Assembly (NCBI GenBank): GCA_964016885.1
Contig: OZ024749.1
Coordinates: 7,750,001-7,814,000 of the forward strand
DNA from: Eledone cirrhosa
Taxonomy: Eukaryota
Direction of reading: 5' to 3'
DNA length: 64,000 nucleotides
The notes beneath the pieces are model-generated. The model was not told where the DNA came from and ran no database searches. It worked only from the letters and a program-made list of their open reading frames with translations. A program made the position numbers and the translations under genes. Of the stretch, positions 14,203 through 29,051 are shown one piece after another (position 1 is the stretch's first letter; each line of letters opens with the position of its first letter).

Positions 14203-17200
14203 ATTTATAATAACAACTTAATAAAAACCGAAGGTTCGAATTTCGCACAAGCAACGGGGCTTCCCCATCTAAAAATGATAAAAGCCCCAATGGACATTTA
14301 CAAAACGTTAAAAGACACTTTTAAAGAGGACGTGGGGCCCCCTGCGTCAAACCCATTAACCGTGACCTCCTAACCCCCCCCCCCCCCCCGACACCCACAC
14401 AACTCCAAACACTCCAACCCACCACACACTGATGCCCCTACACTTCCACAAAAAACCACCCCACCCAACAACCCATCCAACACCCCCATGGAAATTGTGC
14501 GGCCCGGTCCCCGGGACGCAGAGAGGTTAGTGACTTTTCTTTTTACCACCAACTTGGCTGTGTTGAGAGTAGGTTGTCTAAATGCGCGTGGCCTGGGCTC
14601 ACCTTGGAAGCAAGCAATGCTTCTAAATGTCCTCAGGTCACGATGTATAAATGTGATGGTTATTTGCGAGGCCCGGATCAGCAGCGTGCGACAGCTGGCC
14701 CCCACCTTTGATGACTTTCAGATGCCCGCATCTCTCTGTCAGCTCGGGGGTGGAGGTGGGGTTGTCGTTCTGCTGCAAAAACATCTGGGTCTCGCTACAC
14801 AGACAGTACACTTGGACCCGGAGGGTCGACTAGTGGTTCTGGACCTTGGCAGTGGTGAAGGCGGAGCTTTTAGGGTGATCGCCGTCTACGGCCCCTTTGG
14901 GTCAACGCGGCCGGATTTCTTCCATCGTCTGGAGACTTTTCTAAGGACGTCCAGCTCCTTGCTTTCAGTGGGGGACTGGAATGGTATTCTAGATGCTCGT
15001 TCGGACTATGTAGGGACATGTCCTGATAGAGGGGGTTATAACAGCCTCAAGAGGTTAATCGGTCGATTCGACCTGGCCGATAGATATCGACTAGATTTCC
15101 GACTGTGCCAACCTAGACTTGGACAAACTATAGCGGTCAATCTAGATCGTACCTAGATAGGTTCTTGGTTAGAAATAAGGATAGGGACTTTTTAAGTTGT
15201 CCAAAAATGCTCATGGTTGGCTATTGAGACCACAAGTTAGTGACCTCCATGGTCAACATTGATAGAACGCATAGACAGGGACCCGGTTACTGGAAGCTCA
15301 ACTTGTTGTTACCGGCAAGTAAAGCTTACAGGGACCGGATTAGTACTTTAGTTAAGGAGCGGTTGACGGGCACCATCGTCAACAGCAGATGGTGGGGCTC
15401 TCTCAAAAGAGAGATTAGAGTAGCTTCAATAGGAGTTAGTAAGGAGTTAGCCTCAAATAAAATTAGGAAGGTAAGGGAGTTGGTAGATAGTGTAGAAGAG
15501 GCAATTAGAAGCGGCGACGTAGCCGGAGTGCTAGCGTCGAAAACGGCCTTGGGCCAGTTCTTCGACGCGAAATACGAAGGCTGCGTTGTCCGAAGCAAAA
15601 TACGTGCTCTGGGAAACACGGGGACCAAAGCTGTTAGCTTGGCCCGCGTGACAGAAGCCAAAAGTGGGATTAGATCCACTATCCGGTCTTTGCGAGACCA
15701 GGATGGACGGGTGATCCTTGAACCTAAGCAGATGTGCAAGGCCTTTCAAAGGCACTTTGCTCGATTGTTCGGAAGGGGCGAGCGGCCGGATGGGGATGTG
15801 AACTTCGGTCCATACCTCGACGGTCTGCCGCGTCTTTCGGACGAGGAGGCGAAGTCCTGCGAGAGGCCGATCTCAGCTGCTGAAATAGGGGACGTGCTGA
15901 GACAATGCGGCAGGCGCAAATCTCCGGGCCTCGATAGTTTTCCATACGAACTGTATTTAAGTATGCCGGACTTGTTCTTAGATCTCCTCGAGGCGGTCTA
16001 CTGCAACTGGCAACAGAACGGCAGAATTCCCTGTTTTGTAACCAAGACCGTAGTCTCGCTAGTGAGGAAGGACGAGAACACGGGGGATGAAATAAGTAAC
16101 TTCAGGCCCATAACTCTGCTAAATGAGGAGTTAAAGATTTTGGCCAAGGTGTTAGAAAAGAGGCTGGCGCTTGTCGTGGGTAACCTGGTAGGAGATGCGC
16201 AGACATGCGCCATCCCGTCCAGGTCCATTCACGACAACCTCCACCTCATGCGATACATCATAGAGAGGGTTGGGAACGAACCCAGCTTTGGTGGGGCCCT
16301 GATCAACTTGGATCAATCTAAGGCGTTCGATAGGGTCGACCATCGTTACCTGGATGCGGTGCTAGTGGTGGCAGGTCTTGGACTCGTTTTCAGGGGCTGG
16401 ATCACTGCCATGCACCGCAGCCGCATCTGCTCTAGGGTCAAGGTGAACGGCTACCTCTCCGAGGGATGCCCGCTCTCCTCCCTTCTGTATGTATTGGCCC
16501 TAGAGCCACTGCTGCGGAAGTTGGAGTTGTTACAGGGCATCCCTTTGGAATCGGGATTGCGGAAAGCGGTGTCGGCCTACGCCGATGACGTGACAGTAAT
16601 GGTGTCAACCGCCTCGGAAATCGGGATATTCGGCACCTTACTGGAGGAATACGAAAAGTTTACAGGGGCTAAGCTGAACCGGGACCAGTCAGTCGGTTTG
16701 CAACTCGGCGAGTGGAGGGGCAAACCGATGGCCTCCAACGGCGTCGTCGGACGTTGAACGGAGGGCCCGGTGAAGTTGCTCGGGGTCTGGTTCGTGCCAG
16801 ACCTCTAGGTGGAGAAGAACTGGGGAATAACTGGGGTGAGGTATCGAACAGGGTGTTTGCGCTGACACAGAAGTGGGCTGAGTGAAAACTATCGCTGAAA
16901 GGTCGGGCGGAGATGGCGAACGCTTATATAGCGTCCGTCATCTATTACCGCCTGACCGTCGTGCCTTGCTCAAGGGAACGCTCACCACAATGGAGCGCGC
17001 ACTCTTGCAAATCCTTTGGAAACAGCGGGCTCCTTGGTGTCGAGATCCATCTGCTGTCAACACCCTTCGAAAGGAGGGCTGGGGATGCCGTGGGTGCTGA
17101 TGCATAAACACGCATTAAGGCTACGGTACCTCCAGGTATTCCTCACCGGTCAACCGGTGTGGGCCCCGTTTGTGAGGCGAGCCTTTTCTCGAACAGGCAG

Positions 17201-17290
17201 CGCCCCTCGGTAGCACTTCCAGGCCAGGGACCTCTGGAAGTTGTCCATAGGTTCCGGGCCAAATGTCCCCCCGAATAGGCTGGCCAGTTC
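14203..17290 (+). mobile_element. Tx1-like LINE: ORF1 tail + disrupted ORF2 (APE endonuclease, RT)
   Basis: LNARGL, GDWNGILD, GPGYWKLN, KSPGLD, NFRPITLLN, DQSKAFDRVDH, GCPLS, AYADDV; frameshifts and stops; ORF1 tail homologous to 39435-39569. Confidence 0.92.
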
Positions 17291-17291
17291 G

Positions 17292-19140
17292 TCTTATTCC
17301 ATGCCTCGGGCTTCTCTGAGGGCGTCGTCGCACCTACTAACCACCAGCCCTATATAGAATGATAAGGTGGAGTCTCCACCGATAGCCGGGTCCGCCTGCC
17401 AAAGAGCCGTGAGCGCCTGGGCACACTCGGTGTGCCAGGCGCCCAGTTTTCTCGGTCTTTGCTTGACCCAGGACTGCACCTCGGTGAGCGAGACGAGTCT
17501 CGGAAAGGCTCGTCTCGCTCACAGAGCTGCAGTCCTGGGTCAAGCAAAGACCGAGAAAACTGGGCGCCAAGCCCACTTCTGTCCAGCATCCGACGACGCT
17601 GTCGGACGGCATCGGTTTGCCTCTCCACGTTACGAATTGCAAACCGACAGACTTGTCCAGGTTCAGTTTTTCGCCTGTGAAACTTTTCTATTCCTGTAGT
17701 AGATTGCCGATTGCCTCGATTTCCGAGATTTTCGACACCATTACCGTACGTCGTCGGCATAAGCCGACGACGCTTTTCACAGTCCCGGTTCTAAAGGGAT
17801 GCCCTGCAAAAGCTCCAACTTACGCAGTAGTGGCTCTAGAGTCAATACGTACAGAATGGAGGAGAGAGGGCATCCCTGTCGAATGGAACGCGTGATTGCG
17901 AACGGCTCCGATAGTTAGCCGTTCACCTTGACCTTCGAGCAGATGCTGGTGTGCATCGCCTTGATCCAGCCTCTGAAAACGGGACCAAAACCGGCCGCCT
18001 TGAAAACCGCTTCCAAGTATCGATGGTCGACCCTATCGAATGTCTTAGACTGATCTAAATTGATCGGAGCCCCACCGCAGCCGGGTTTACACCCCAACCT
18101 CTCTATGATGTATCGCATGAGGTGAAGGTTGTTGTGTATGGACCTGGTCGGGATTTCACACGTTTGCGCTTTCCCTACCAGGTTTTCGACGACAAGAGCC
18201 AGCCTCGTTGCTAGCACCTTGGCCAAAATCTTTAACTCTGTGTTGAACAGAGTTATGGGCCTGAAATTGTTTATTTTATCCCCCTTGTTCTCGTCTTTCC
18301 TGATCAGCGTTACGATGCCCTTTACTGCAGAACTGGGAATTGTTCCGTTCTGCTGCCAATTGCTTCGAGGACGCCAGAGATCAAGTCCGCCATGCCTAAG
18401 TAAAACTCATAGGGTAGACTATCTAGACCAGGTGATTTGCGTTTCCTGCAGCGGCCCAGAGCGTCCCGTATCACAGTGGCTGTGATCGGTCTTTCGCAGA
18501 ACTCGGCGTCCATGCTCGAGAGACGCGGCAGGCCGTCGAGGTATGAACCAAAGTCCATTACCCCGTTCGGTGCACCGTCGTTCTGCTCAAACAGTCGTGC
18601 AAAGTGCCACTGAAAGGCCGCGCACATCTGCCTGGGGTCAAGTAGCACACGTCCGTTTTGGTCTTTCAAAAACCGAATCGTGGACTTGTTGCCAATTTTC
18701 GCTTCCGCCACTCGGGCCCAGCTAACAGCTTTTGCTCCCTCGTTTCCTAGAGCACGTGATTTACTTCTGACCACGCAGCCTTTGTGTTTCGCGTCGAAGA
18801 ACTGGTCCAGTGCCGTTCTCGATGCAAGTACTCTGGCTGCGTTGCCACTCCTAAGCGCCCCTTCTTCCTTGTCTACTAGTTCTGCTTCTGATTTGTTTTT
18901 CTCTGAAGCTAATTCTCTGCTAAACCCTATCGATTCTACTCTAATTGCTCTCTTGAGAGAGTACCACCATCTATTGTTGACGATGGCTCACGTCATCTCG
19001 TGCTTAACTAATCTACTTATCCGTTCACTGTAGGCTTTTCGTGCCGGCAACGACACGTTCAGCTTCCAGTATCCGGGTCCTTGTCTATGTATTCTATCAC
19101 GGTTGATTACGCAGACGACTAGTTTGTGATCTGAATAGGC
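17292..19140 (-). mobile_element. Second diverged Tx1-like LINE ORF2 fragment, tail-to-tail with the first
   Basis: Minus-strand SDHKLV, GPGYWKLN, KSPGLDSLPYEFY, DQSKTFDRVDH. Confidence 0.9.
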
Positions 19141-19172
19141 AAGATATAGATATATATTGACATACAAATATA

Positions 19173-19247
<75 letters not shown>

Positions 19248-19248
19248 G

Positions 19249-19285
<37 letters not shown>

Positions 19286-19625
19286 TAAAATAACAGATTA
19301 AAGTTTAAGCAAAGAATCGCTGCATTCACCCTTAACGGGATCTTCTGAAACCAACAAAGTCAATCTGTAAGCGCAGAAATATTTGGTCTACGGTTCTTAT
19401 ATATTTGATATATATTTATCCTTATCGAGCTCTCTTTGGATTTTAGTCTTCAAATTTATTATTATTACTATATATATATATTTGTATGCATATGTATACA
19501 CATATATATATATATATATATATATATGAATATATTTGTATGTCAATCTATATATATATATATATATATGTATACATATGCATACAAATATGTATATATA
19601 TATATATATATACATATACATGAAC

Positions 19626-19669
<44 letters not shown>

Positions 19670-19728
19670 ATACTTGGGGAGGGTCATATTTGTGTAATAT
19701 TGCCAGAATTAATAACAGAACACACTCA

Positions 19729-19767
<39 letters not shown>

Positions 19768-20971
19768 ATATTGGGCACTTTTAAGATCGCAAACATTCCA
19801 CTTTTTTACTTTTAATCTGGTTCTTATCCTTATGATTCATGAAGTTTGACTTGTTTATTTATAGTATATATGTATTACATGACCCTATTATAATAATTGA
19901 TCTAACATTTTTAACAATATTATCAGTAACTTATTTATTGTATTATATTATGTTATATATAACTGATAGGTATCATCTTAATCTTTAGACAATATAATCT
20001 TTGTTTATATTTAGACAAATGCATATATCTAATTTAATAAGAAACCTTTTTTTTAGTTTAATTATAAGGCCTTTTGATGCTTTAAGGCATTCTAATTGTT
20101 AATTTTAATTTTTAAAATTATAGCTGTAATTATTTTATAAATTATATAATGCGAATTATCTTCAATATAATATAAATAATTAAATATAATATAATAAAAT
20201 TTTAAAAGAATTATCTTCGTGAGGATGAAAATATCATTTCTTCTTTCCCATGTTTGCAAATAGCTTAAATATGATTTCATAAAATATGATTTTATGAATT
20301 AAACATCATAGTATACTTTAATATTAATTCAGATATTTATAAACTTTTATAGCGTGAAATTTTATACACTTTGATTAACTCATTACTCTGAACTAACTTA
20401 AATGATTTGAAAGTTAACGGTCAACCGGATACGTTTAGATTGTATATATAACTAATTAACTAAGAACTGGAAATTAACCTTCATATAATTACACCCAGTT
20501 ATATTTAGGATTTAGATTGATGAATACTTCTAGATAATTCAATAATTCAAAGATTCGAGTTTACTCTTTCGCAAAGCTATGCCCAAATGTATAGTTATGT
20601 ATAGATATATATAATTCATCCCTATCTATAATTATTCCTCTTTGTCTCTCTTTCCTTGATCAATTCTTTTTTTCTCTCTATACCTCTACTAACTATATTA
20701 TCCCCTCATCTGTTTTCTCTCTGTCTTTCTTTTTTTCTTTCCTCTTTCTTCAATAATTTAAATTATTTGAATCTCTAACAGTTATTTAAATGGCTGTTAT
20801 GTATTTTTCTGTTATGTATTTTTCTCACACGCAGCCTCTGTATTATATGTATTATATGTAAGTTTATGTCTCAATCTTAAGGTATATAAATATTGAGTTT
20901 TGTCATATCTTACTTACTACCATGATTGGATCTTAACCATCTACTATGTCAGGGTATGTCATGCATCATCT

Positions 20972-21038
20972 TATTTTATCTGATGAGGACGTACTGTTGA
21001 AGTTAGCTCAGTACCTCTGAAATATGTATAATAAAATA
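20972..21038 (+). ncRNA. Minimal type I hammerhead ribozyme
   Basis: TATTTTAT-CTGATGA-stem II (GTACTG/CAGTAC)-GAAA-TATGTA-TA-ATAAAATA; 8-bp stem I. Confidence 0.85.
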
Positions 21039-21079
21039 TACTTGATCACAAGAAGTTCTATTTTTGTTAATATTTTGAA

Positions 21080-21151
<72 letters not shown>

Positions 21152-21152
<1 letters not shown>

Positions 21153-22197
21153 CTGGTTGGTTGGTTGGTTCCACAACCAGATAGTTGTTTATATATTGTC
21201 ATAGTTCTTTCGTCACACACTCTGTGACCTCTTCAGAACTGGGGATTCCTTTCTTTGTTTTTTGTGCCTCTCCTTTGTTCTGTCCTACGCCATTTTGTTT
21301 CTGTGTGTGTGTTGTGTGCTCAGTCTGCGCATGCGCCACAACCGGGTGTCTGTGTGTGTTTATGTTCATTTATTTATTTGTTTATTTACATGTTACTGGT
21401 TGGTTGTCTGTTCTATGTGTGTGTGTGTATTCATTTTGTCCTTAATTCTAAGTTGTGATGTAGCTGTTCCACTCATATTTTTTATTTAATTTTGGTTGTA
21501 ATTCTTTTATGTTTATTGCCTCTGTGATTTGTCTAAACATTGCGTCTTTTCGGTGTGTAGCTTCTATTTTTATTTCTATGTTCTCTAATTACCCTTGTGT
21601 TCGATTTTAGCATGTTGGTAGAGTACAGATGATTCTTTACTATCTTGAAGGTCTCGCCAGTGTTCATTTATCCGTTCCCCTACATTACGAGCTGTCTCAC
21701 CTATGTACACTATATTTTTGTCTCTACATTGTCCTTCAGTACATCTTATGCTATACACTACATTTCTAGTTTTACAGTTAATATGGGGGCTTATTGTACA
21801 GGTTATACATTTCTTATCTATACATGAGGGTCTTTGAAAAGGGTATGTATTGCTAATAAGTGTTTTTACGGAGGTACCTGGTCTTTCTACTATCTTAATA
21901 TTGAGTTTATGTTTATCTAGGGCTCTTCTAAATTTGTAAGCTAATTCACCTCTAGGGGTTGTATCGATGAACATTACACTCTGGTATTTATTGCTCTCAT
22001 ACCATGAGTTTATTCTATTAGCCTTGTTCCTAGTTCTTTCTATTCTATTCCAAAATTTGCTCCTATACAAGGGGCAGGTCCCATTTATGTCATTATTTAC
22101 CATTTTTTCCCATTTGGTTCTGGCTCCTCTATACACTCTGATTTTATCTCTCTGATTGTAGCCAGAGAACTGCATACGGTGGTATGCAGTGGTATAT

Positions 22198-22200
<3 letters not shown>
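21152..22200 (-). mobile_element. 5'-truncated Penelope-like element (GIY-YIG, Naiad-like motif spacing, tentative)
   Basis: MQFSGY...PLYR...IVERPG...CxxxxCxxC...NVVYSIRC...YIGETARNVGERINEH; abuts (TA)n on both sides. Confidence 0.88.
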
Positions 22201-22269
<69 letters not shown>

Positions 22270-22573
22270 CCACACCCACACACATATATATGTATATATA
22301 TATATGCACAATAGACTTATCAAATGAAATGCCTAACTGTTTTCGGTTTTGATTGAATCTTATTCGAAAGTTTACAACGCTGATGCTACACATTCAGCTG
22401 AAGATTATTTCGTCTTTGTTAGTAAAAGACACCCTGGGAGAGAAATTTAAATAAATTTGGACTCACCACAATTCTTCAAGTATTTCTTCCGAAACATTTT
22501 CTTGGTAGATGAAATATATGACCAGACATAATATTGAGGCTTCCCTGGAGCACACAATTACCTTGCGTTTGAT

Positions 22574-22683
<110 letters not shown>

Positions 22684-23157
22684 AGATGTAAAAGTAGATC
22701 GAACGACAGCACATACTGTCTATTTGTGGCATAGACTCTGCAAATAACCTGGCAGAAGTTGTGAAAGTTGCATAAATATTTTCATATTTCCCCAATGCAA
22801 TCGTTGTTTACATTTTATTTGCACCCTAAAACATTTTAATCAAATATGGCGAAATTTCAAATTTTGAAAAGAAAAGTAAATGGACAAATGAAATAGATAC
22901 ATATAATAACATCTACCCTCCCCACCACCACAAGAACGTCTACACTCTCTCCCCGCTACCACATCTATAATAATAATAATTGTTTCTACTTTTGGCACAA
23001 AGCCAGGAAAAAACCCGTAACTCTATACGTCAAAGCATGGCGTCCGGCGCTCTACCGATACTGCCAATCAAATGCTGTTGCGTTTTATTATAATATTATA
23101 ACGTAAACCAATGTAGATTTATCTATATACGTATTTTTTTTTAGTAATATTAGGAAT

Positions 23158-23305
23158 ATTGTTTCTACTATTGGCACAAGGCCAGCAATTACCCAGTGTA
23201 TTACTGGTACTTTATTTTATAGACCCCGTAAGGATGAAAGGCAAAGTTAACCTCGGCGGGATTTGAACTCAGAATGGTAAGGGCCGTAACTCTATGTGTC
23301 AAAGC
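23158..23305 (-). mobile_element. SINE family 1 (also deleted copy 22978-23075 - and full copy 24751-24940 +)
   Basis: Same A/B box and central domain. Confidence 0.8.
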
Positions 23306-23320
23306 AATCCATAATAATGA

Positions 23321-23379
<59 letters not shown>

Positions 23380-23448
23380 GTATATATATATATATATATA
23401 AATGTATATATATATATATATATATATATAAATGTATATATATATATA

Positions 23449-24159
<711 letters not shown>

Positions 24160-24310
24160 TTAAACAGCTCTATTATATACATAGAGCACTCTTTTTTCCT
24201 TTGCTTTTTCTTCGGAAATACGTAACATAGGTTGGTTTGGTTACTCCTGAGTAATGTAAAATAAAATAAAATGAATAAGTTAAATATTTCAAGTTTGGCT
24301 TCATTTATTA

Positions 24311-24363
24311 CTGCTATATATATTTCAGTGACAGCCATCTTTGGCTGTGACCTCTTCAGGCAG
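24311..24363 (-). ncRNA. Hammerhead ribozyme, left arm of fold-back element
   Basis: CTGC-CTGAAGA-ACAGCCA/TGGCTGT stem-GAAA-TATATA-TA-GCAG, then AATAAA. Confidence 0.85.
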
Positions 24364-24430
24364 CCCGAATTGGTGTAGTAGAGACGAGTACACATGTTGT
24401 TGAGGTGTTTAACTCTGTCAATAATTCGGG

Positions 24431-24485
24431 CTGCCTGAAGAGGTCACAGCCAATGATGGCTGTCTCCGAAATATATATATAGCAG
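24431..24485 (+). ncRNA. Hammerhead ribozyme, right arm of fold-back element
   Basis: CTGC-CTGAAGA-ACAGCCA/TGGCTGT stem-GAAA-TATATATA-TA-GCAG-T-AATAAA. Confidence 0.85.
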
Positions 24486-24537
24486 TAATAAACGAAGCCA
24501 AATTTTAAATATTTGACTTATTTATTTTAATTTATTT

Positions 24538-24582
<45 letters not shown>

Positions 24583-25000
24583 ATACATATGGGTGTGTGT
24601 TAGTTTGTGTAAGTGAGTGGCGTGTATGTGTTTGTTCGTATGCATGAGTCCTTGTGAGTGTGTGTGTGAGTGTGTACGTGTGTGTGTGCATATGGGAGTG
24701 TGTGTGCCTGTGTGTGTGTGTGCCATATGTTTGGCTGTCATTAAATGAGAAGGGCGGTGGATTGGCAGTATCGGTAGAGGGTCGGACGCCATGCTTTCCA
24801 GCATAGTTACGCCCCTTTACGATCTGAGTTCAAATCCCGCCCAGCTTGACTTTGCCTTTGATCCCTACGGGGTCGATAAAATAATGTACCAGTAATGCAC
24901 TGGGTAATTGCTGGCCTTGTGCCTAAAGTAGAGACAATTAAATGAGAAGGAAACTCCTTAAAACTTGCAGTTGAAGCAACTTTCAGTCATCTTGCTCCAG

Positions 25001-25381
25001 CATGTCACAAGACTCTAGATGTGGATACTCAGAGAGTGGTAATCATGTTGTACAAGTGTTTACCTCCACCACCACCACCACCACCACCACCACCACCACC
25101 ACCACCACCACCACCACCACCACCACCACCACCACCACCACCACCACCACCACCACCACCACCACCACCACCACCACCACCACCACCACACCACCATCAC
25201 CACCACCACCACCACACCACCTCCACCACCACCACCACCTCCACCACCACCACCACCATCACCACCACCACCACCACCTCCACCACCACCACCACCACCA
25301 CCACCACCACCACCACCACCATGTCACTAGACTCTAGTTGTGGATACTCAGAGAGTGGTACTCTTGTTGTACAAGTGTTTA
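25001..25381. repeat. (CCA)n tract flanked by ~61-bp direct repeats
   Basis: CATGTCAC(A/T)AGACTCTAG...TGTACAAGTGTTTA at 25001 and 25320. Confidence 0.85.
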
Positions 25382-26727
25382 TCTCTATAATATACTGATG
25401 TACAGATGTCTCTTAAATCTTTCTCTGCCTATCCTATTTCTGAAATACTGCACTGGTAGACTAATGGTAACATGTGCAGACCTGACCAGTTGGAAGCTTA
25501 TAGTCACAAGTTTACACACAGATGCCCTGAGCTTACTTTGCCTCATTCAAACAGGAATAAGAATAAAGCACAATGCATAAAATACGCGAAATGTAGAGTC
25601 AAACTCAACATTTGTTGTTGGAACGTTAGGAACGAATAGCACAAACAACACTTCCGTCGGTTTCGATGACGACAGTTCCAGTTGTTTGATCAATGTGTTA
25701 TTGGCTAAGAATGAATTATTACCATATAGAGTATTCCCAATATCAGGCCAGGCGTAACTGAATCTGTTATCGGAGGCTGTGTTTATATATTTTATACAAC
25801 CCCAGCTAGAATCTCAGCTAATTTTGGTTTAGAGCCCAGTAAATTTCGTATATTATACAGTTGGGCACATACATAAATATTTACAAGATGGTTGCAAACT
25901 CTGCTAAGAGTATTGCAATCGCTTGTCAGATTCAGGTGTGTGACACTCGGAAAATGTTTGACTACAATACACACATAGTCGTACACAAGGATATCTAAGA
26001 TAATAAACATAGGATATATCGGCAGTAAATATATATTAAAGAAACATTGTATAATACAATAAGCACAAATACCATCGATAATATGTTAAGCAATAAAACC
26101 ATATAGATTTCATTATCCAATGAAACAGAAAAATTACTAAATAATGAAAAAAGCACATAAAACGGTTTTCATTACCCAACAAGAAGCATTTAAACCGAAT
26201 AAACACGAGAATAATTAAAACAAGCCGTTTTATTGTGAAAGAGTCCTGGTAGCCATTTAAAACACACATCAGCCGTTAGATTCAGTTTTATTTTATTTCA
26301 TAATTGAATTATATCCTATAATGCGTGAAAAATACTGAAAACAGTCGTTGAAGCGGAATCGTGTTAAATATCTGGTCAACGAAAATTTTAAACACTTTTT
26401 ACTATATAATGTTACCATAAATATAAAAAAAAAAAAAAAAAAAAAGATTTTTTAAAATGTGGGTATTTGAAATGGTTTTCTTTATTGTACCATAATGTAA
26501 TTGTTTCAGTCTCAACAAAACATCTTTGTTTAAAACCTTTGTATTTCACATCAAGTGAATATGTGATCTTGGTTCAAGTCATTCATTCTTGAGGTCATGA
26601 TATTGGTATCGCAAATAAAGGGAACGACAGATCTCAGACAAAATCCCTGGGAACTTGTATCTTAGATCTAAAAACATATCATTCGTTTCAGAAATAAAGT
26701 CAATCGAATCCCAGATCTAGTGTGTCT

Positions 26728-27630
26728 CAGATCCCAGATCAAATCATTCGTGAATCAAATAAATTAATTCAGATCCCAGATCAAATCATTCGTGAATCAG
26801 ATATATTAATTCAGATCCCAGATCAAATCATTCGTGAATCAGATAAATTAATTCAGATCTCAGATCAAATCATTCGTGAATCAGATAAATTAATTCAGAT
26901 CTCAGATCAAATCATTCGTGAATGAGATAAATTAATTCAGATCCCAGATCAAATCATTCGTGAATCAGATAAATTAATTCAGATCCCAGATCAAATCATT
27001 CGTGAATCAGATAAATTAATTCAGATCTCAGATCAAATCATTCGTGAATCAGATATATTAATTCAGATCCCAGATGAAATCATTCGTGAATCAGATAAAT
27101 TAATTCAGATCTCAGATCAAATCATTCGTGAATCAGACAAATTAATTCAGATCTCAGATCAAATCATTCGTGAATCAGATAAATTAATTCAGATCCCAGA
27201 TCAAATCATTCGTGAATCAGATAAATTAATTCAGATCTCAGATCAAATCATTCGTGAATCAGATAAATTAATTCAGATCCCAGATGAAATCATTCGTGAA
27301 TCAGATAAATTAATTCAGATCTCAGATGAAATCATTCGTGAATCAGATAAATTAATTCAGATCTCAGATCAAATCATTCGTGAATCAGATAAATTAATTC
27401 AGATCCCAGATCAAATCATTCGTGAATCAGATAAATTAATTCAGATCCCAGATCAAATCATTCGTGAATCAGATAAATTAATTCAGATCTCAGATCAAAT
27501 CATTCGTGAATCAGATAAATTAATTCAGATCCCAGATCAAATCATTCGTGAATCAGATAAATTAATTCAGATCTCAGATCAAATCATTCGTGAATCAGAT
27601 GAATTAATTCAGATCCCAGATCAAATCACT
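26728..27630. repeat. 42-bp minisatellite, ~21 copies
   Basis: Unit CAGATCCCAGATCAAATCATTCGTGAATCAGATAAATTAATT, very homogeneous. Confidence 0.95.
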
Positions 27631-28401
27631 TGTTTCTCAAATCGAGAGTTAAGATGAAGTAATATGGTCATAGGTTAGGGAATAATTTCCATCATTCCTC
27701 CACTTGAAGGCGCCTTGCCTAATGTTTAAGATGCTTGAGATAGGATCGTCATGTCGTCGGTTCCCGGGAGGAGTGAGTTCTAACACTAGCTGGAGAGGTA
27801 ACCCTGCAATATATCGGTGTCCTGTCCAGGGAGATTGTTGTACTCTCGGTCGTTTAACGTCAAGGAAACGTTTGGCTTGGAATAAACCTTAACGAAGCAT
27901 CCACGTGAGTCAGAGTCTCTGAGCAAATATAATAAATTATGCATTACTTCATGAGAGTAAATTAGCTGTTAGGTTTAGTGGACTCGGAGAGGCTATCTCG
28001 CAGTTTCGTATCAAAAGTTGTCTATCGGAGAATTACATAGCTGCGCTTCCAATAGATTTAGAATGTCGACGTTGTTTAGCAAATATGTCCTATCTTTCAT
28101 TGGTACAAGGCTTCGCTATCAAAATAGCTGTCTGTGTTTCACTGGAGGAATTAAGACCAGCATTCCATAACTAATAGATCCACAATGCTATCATTGCTTA
28201 CAACGATCACTTTATACGAGGCTGGTCAAAATATGATAAGTAATAGACAAATCTCCAGCAAAACAAAAAGAAAAAACGAATCTTTTAAAATGAAAGAGTT
28301 CACTAAATAAGGTATTCTCCAGATGCACCACATACAAATGGATAACGAGATGATCATACACGGAATGCATCTTCATTTTTACTAGCAACACAAATTGTAT
28401 A

Positions 28402-28488
<87 letters not shown>

Positions 28489-28547
28489 GTATATATATAT
28501 ATATATATAATTGTATATGTATATATATATATATATATATATAATTG

Positions 28548-28744
<197 letters not shown>

Positions 28745-28817
28745 ATTTCTAATGAATGAAACAGTTCTAGTCCTGTAGAATCTCTTCTATATATATATAT
28801 ATATGTATATATATATT

Positions 28818-29032
28818 GAAGGCGTGTGGCTGAGTGGTTAGAGAATTGGATTCGCAATCGTAAGGTTGTGAGTTCGATTCCTGGACCAGGCGATGCGTTA
28901 TGTCCTTGAGGAAGGCACTTTATTTCACGTTGCTCCTTCTACCTGGAGTTGCGACCGATAGGTAGTATTAGCAATTGGCAAGACCAGCGGAAACATTGTT
29001 CCCTCGGTCCGATTTGACGAAAGTCGATCGTT
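28818..29032 (+). mobile_element. tRNA-derived SINE family 2 (related pieces at 1385-1450, 45455-45570, 50950-51275)
   Basis: A box TGGCTGAGTGG, B box GTTCGATTCC, GTCCTTGAG..AGGCACTTTATTTCACGTTGCTCC core. Confidence 0.8.
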
Positions 29033-29051
29033 AAAAAAATATATATATATA

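Noticed and set aside
14203-19140. Single twin-primed LINE insertion
   Set aside because: The plus and minus parts overlap in element coordinates and are clearly diverged, so they are two separate copies.
21455-22200. Selenoprotein recoding as reported for some Naiad elements
   Set aside because: No in-frame TGA at Cys positions in the visible ORF and no SECIS identified.
25002-25398. Poly-Pro/Thr/His protein
   Set aside because: Translation of the (CCA)n repeat, with no gene structure.
26728-27630. CRISPR-like regular array
   Set aside because: There are no unique spacers, only head-to-tail repeats, in a eukaryotic context with no cas genes.
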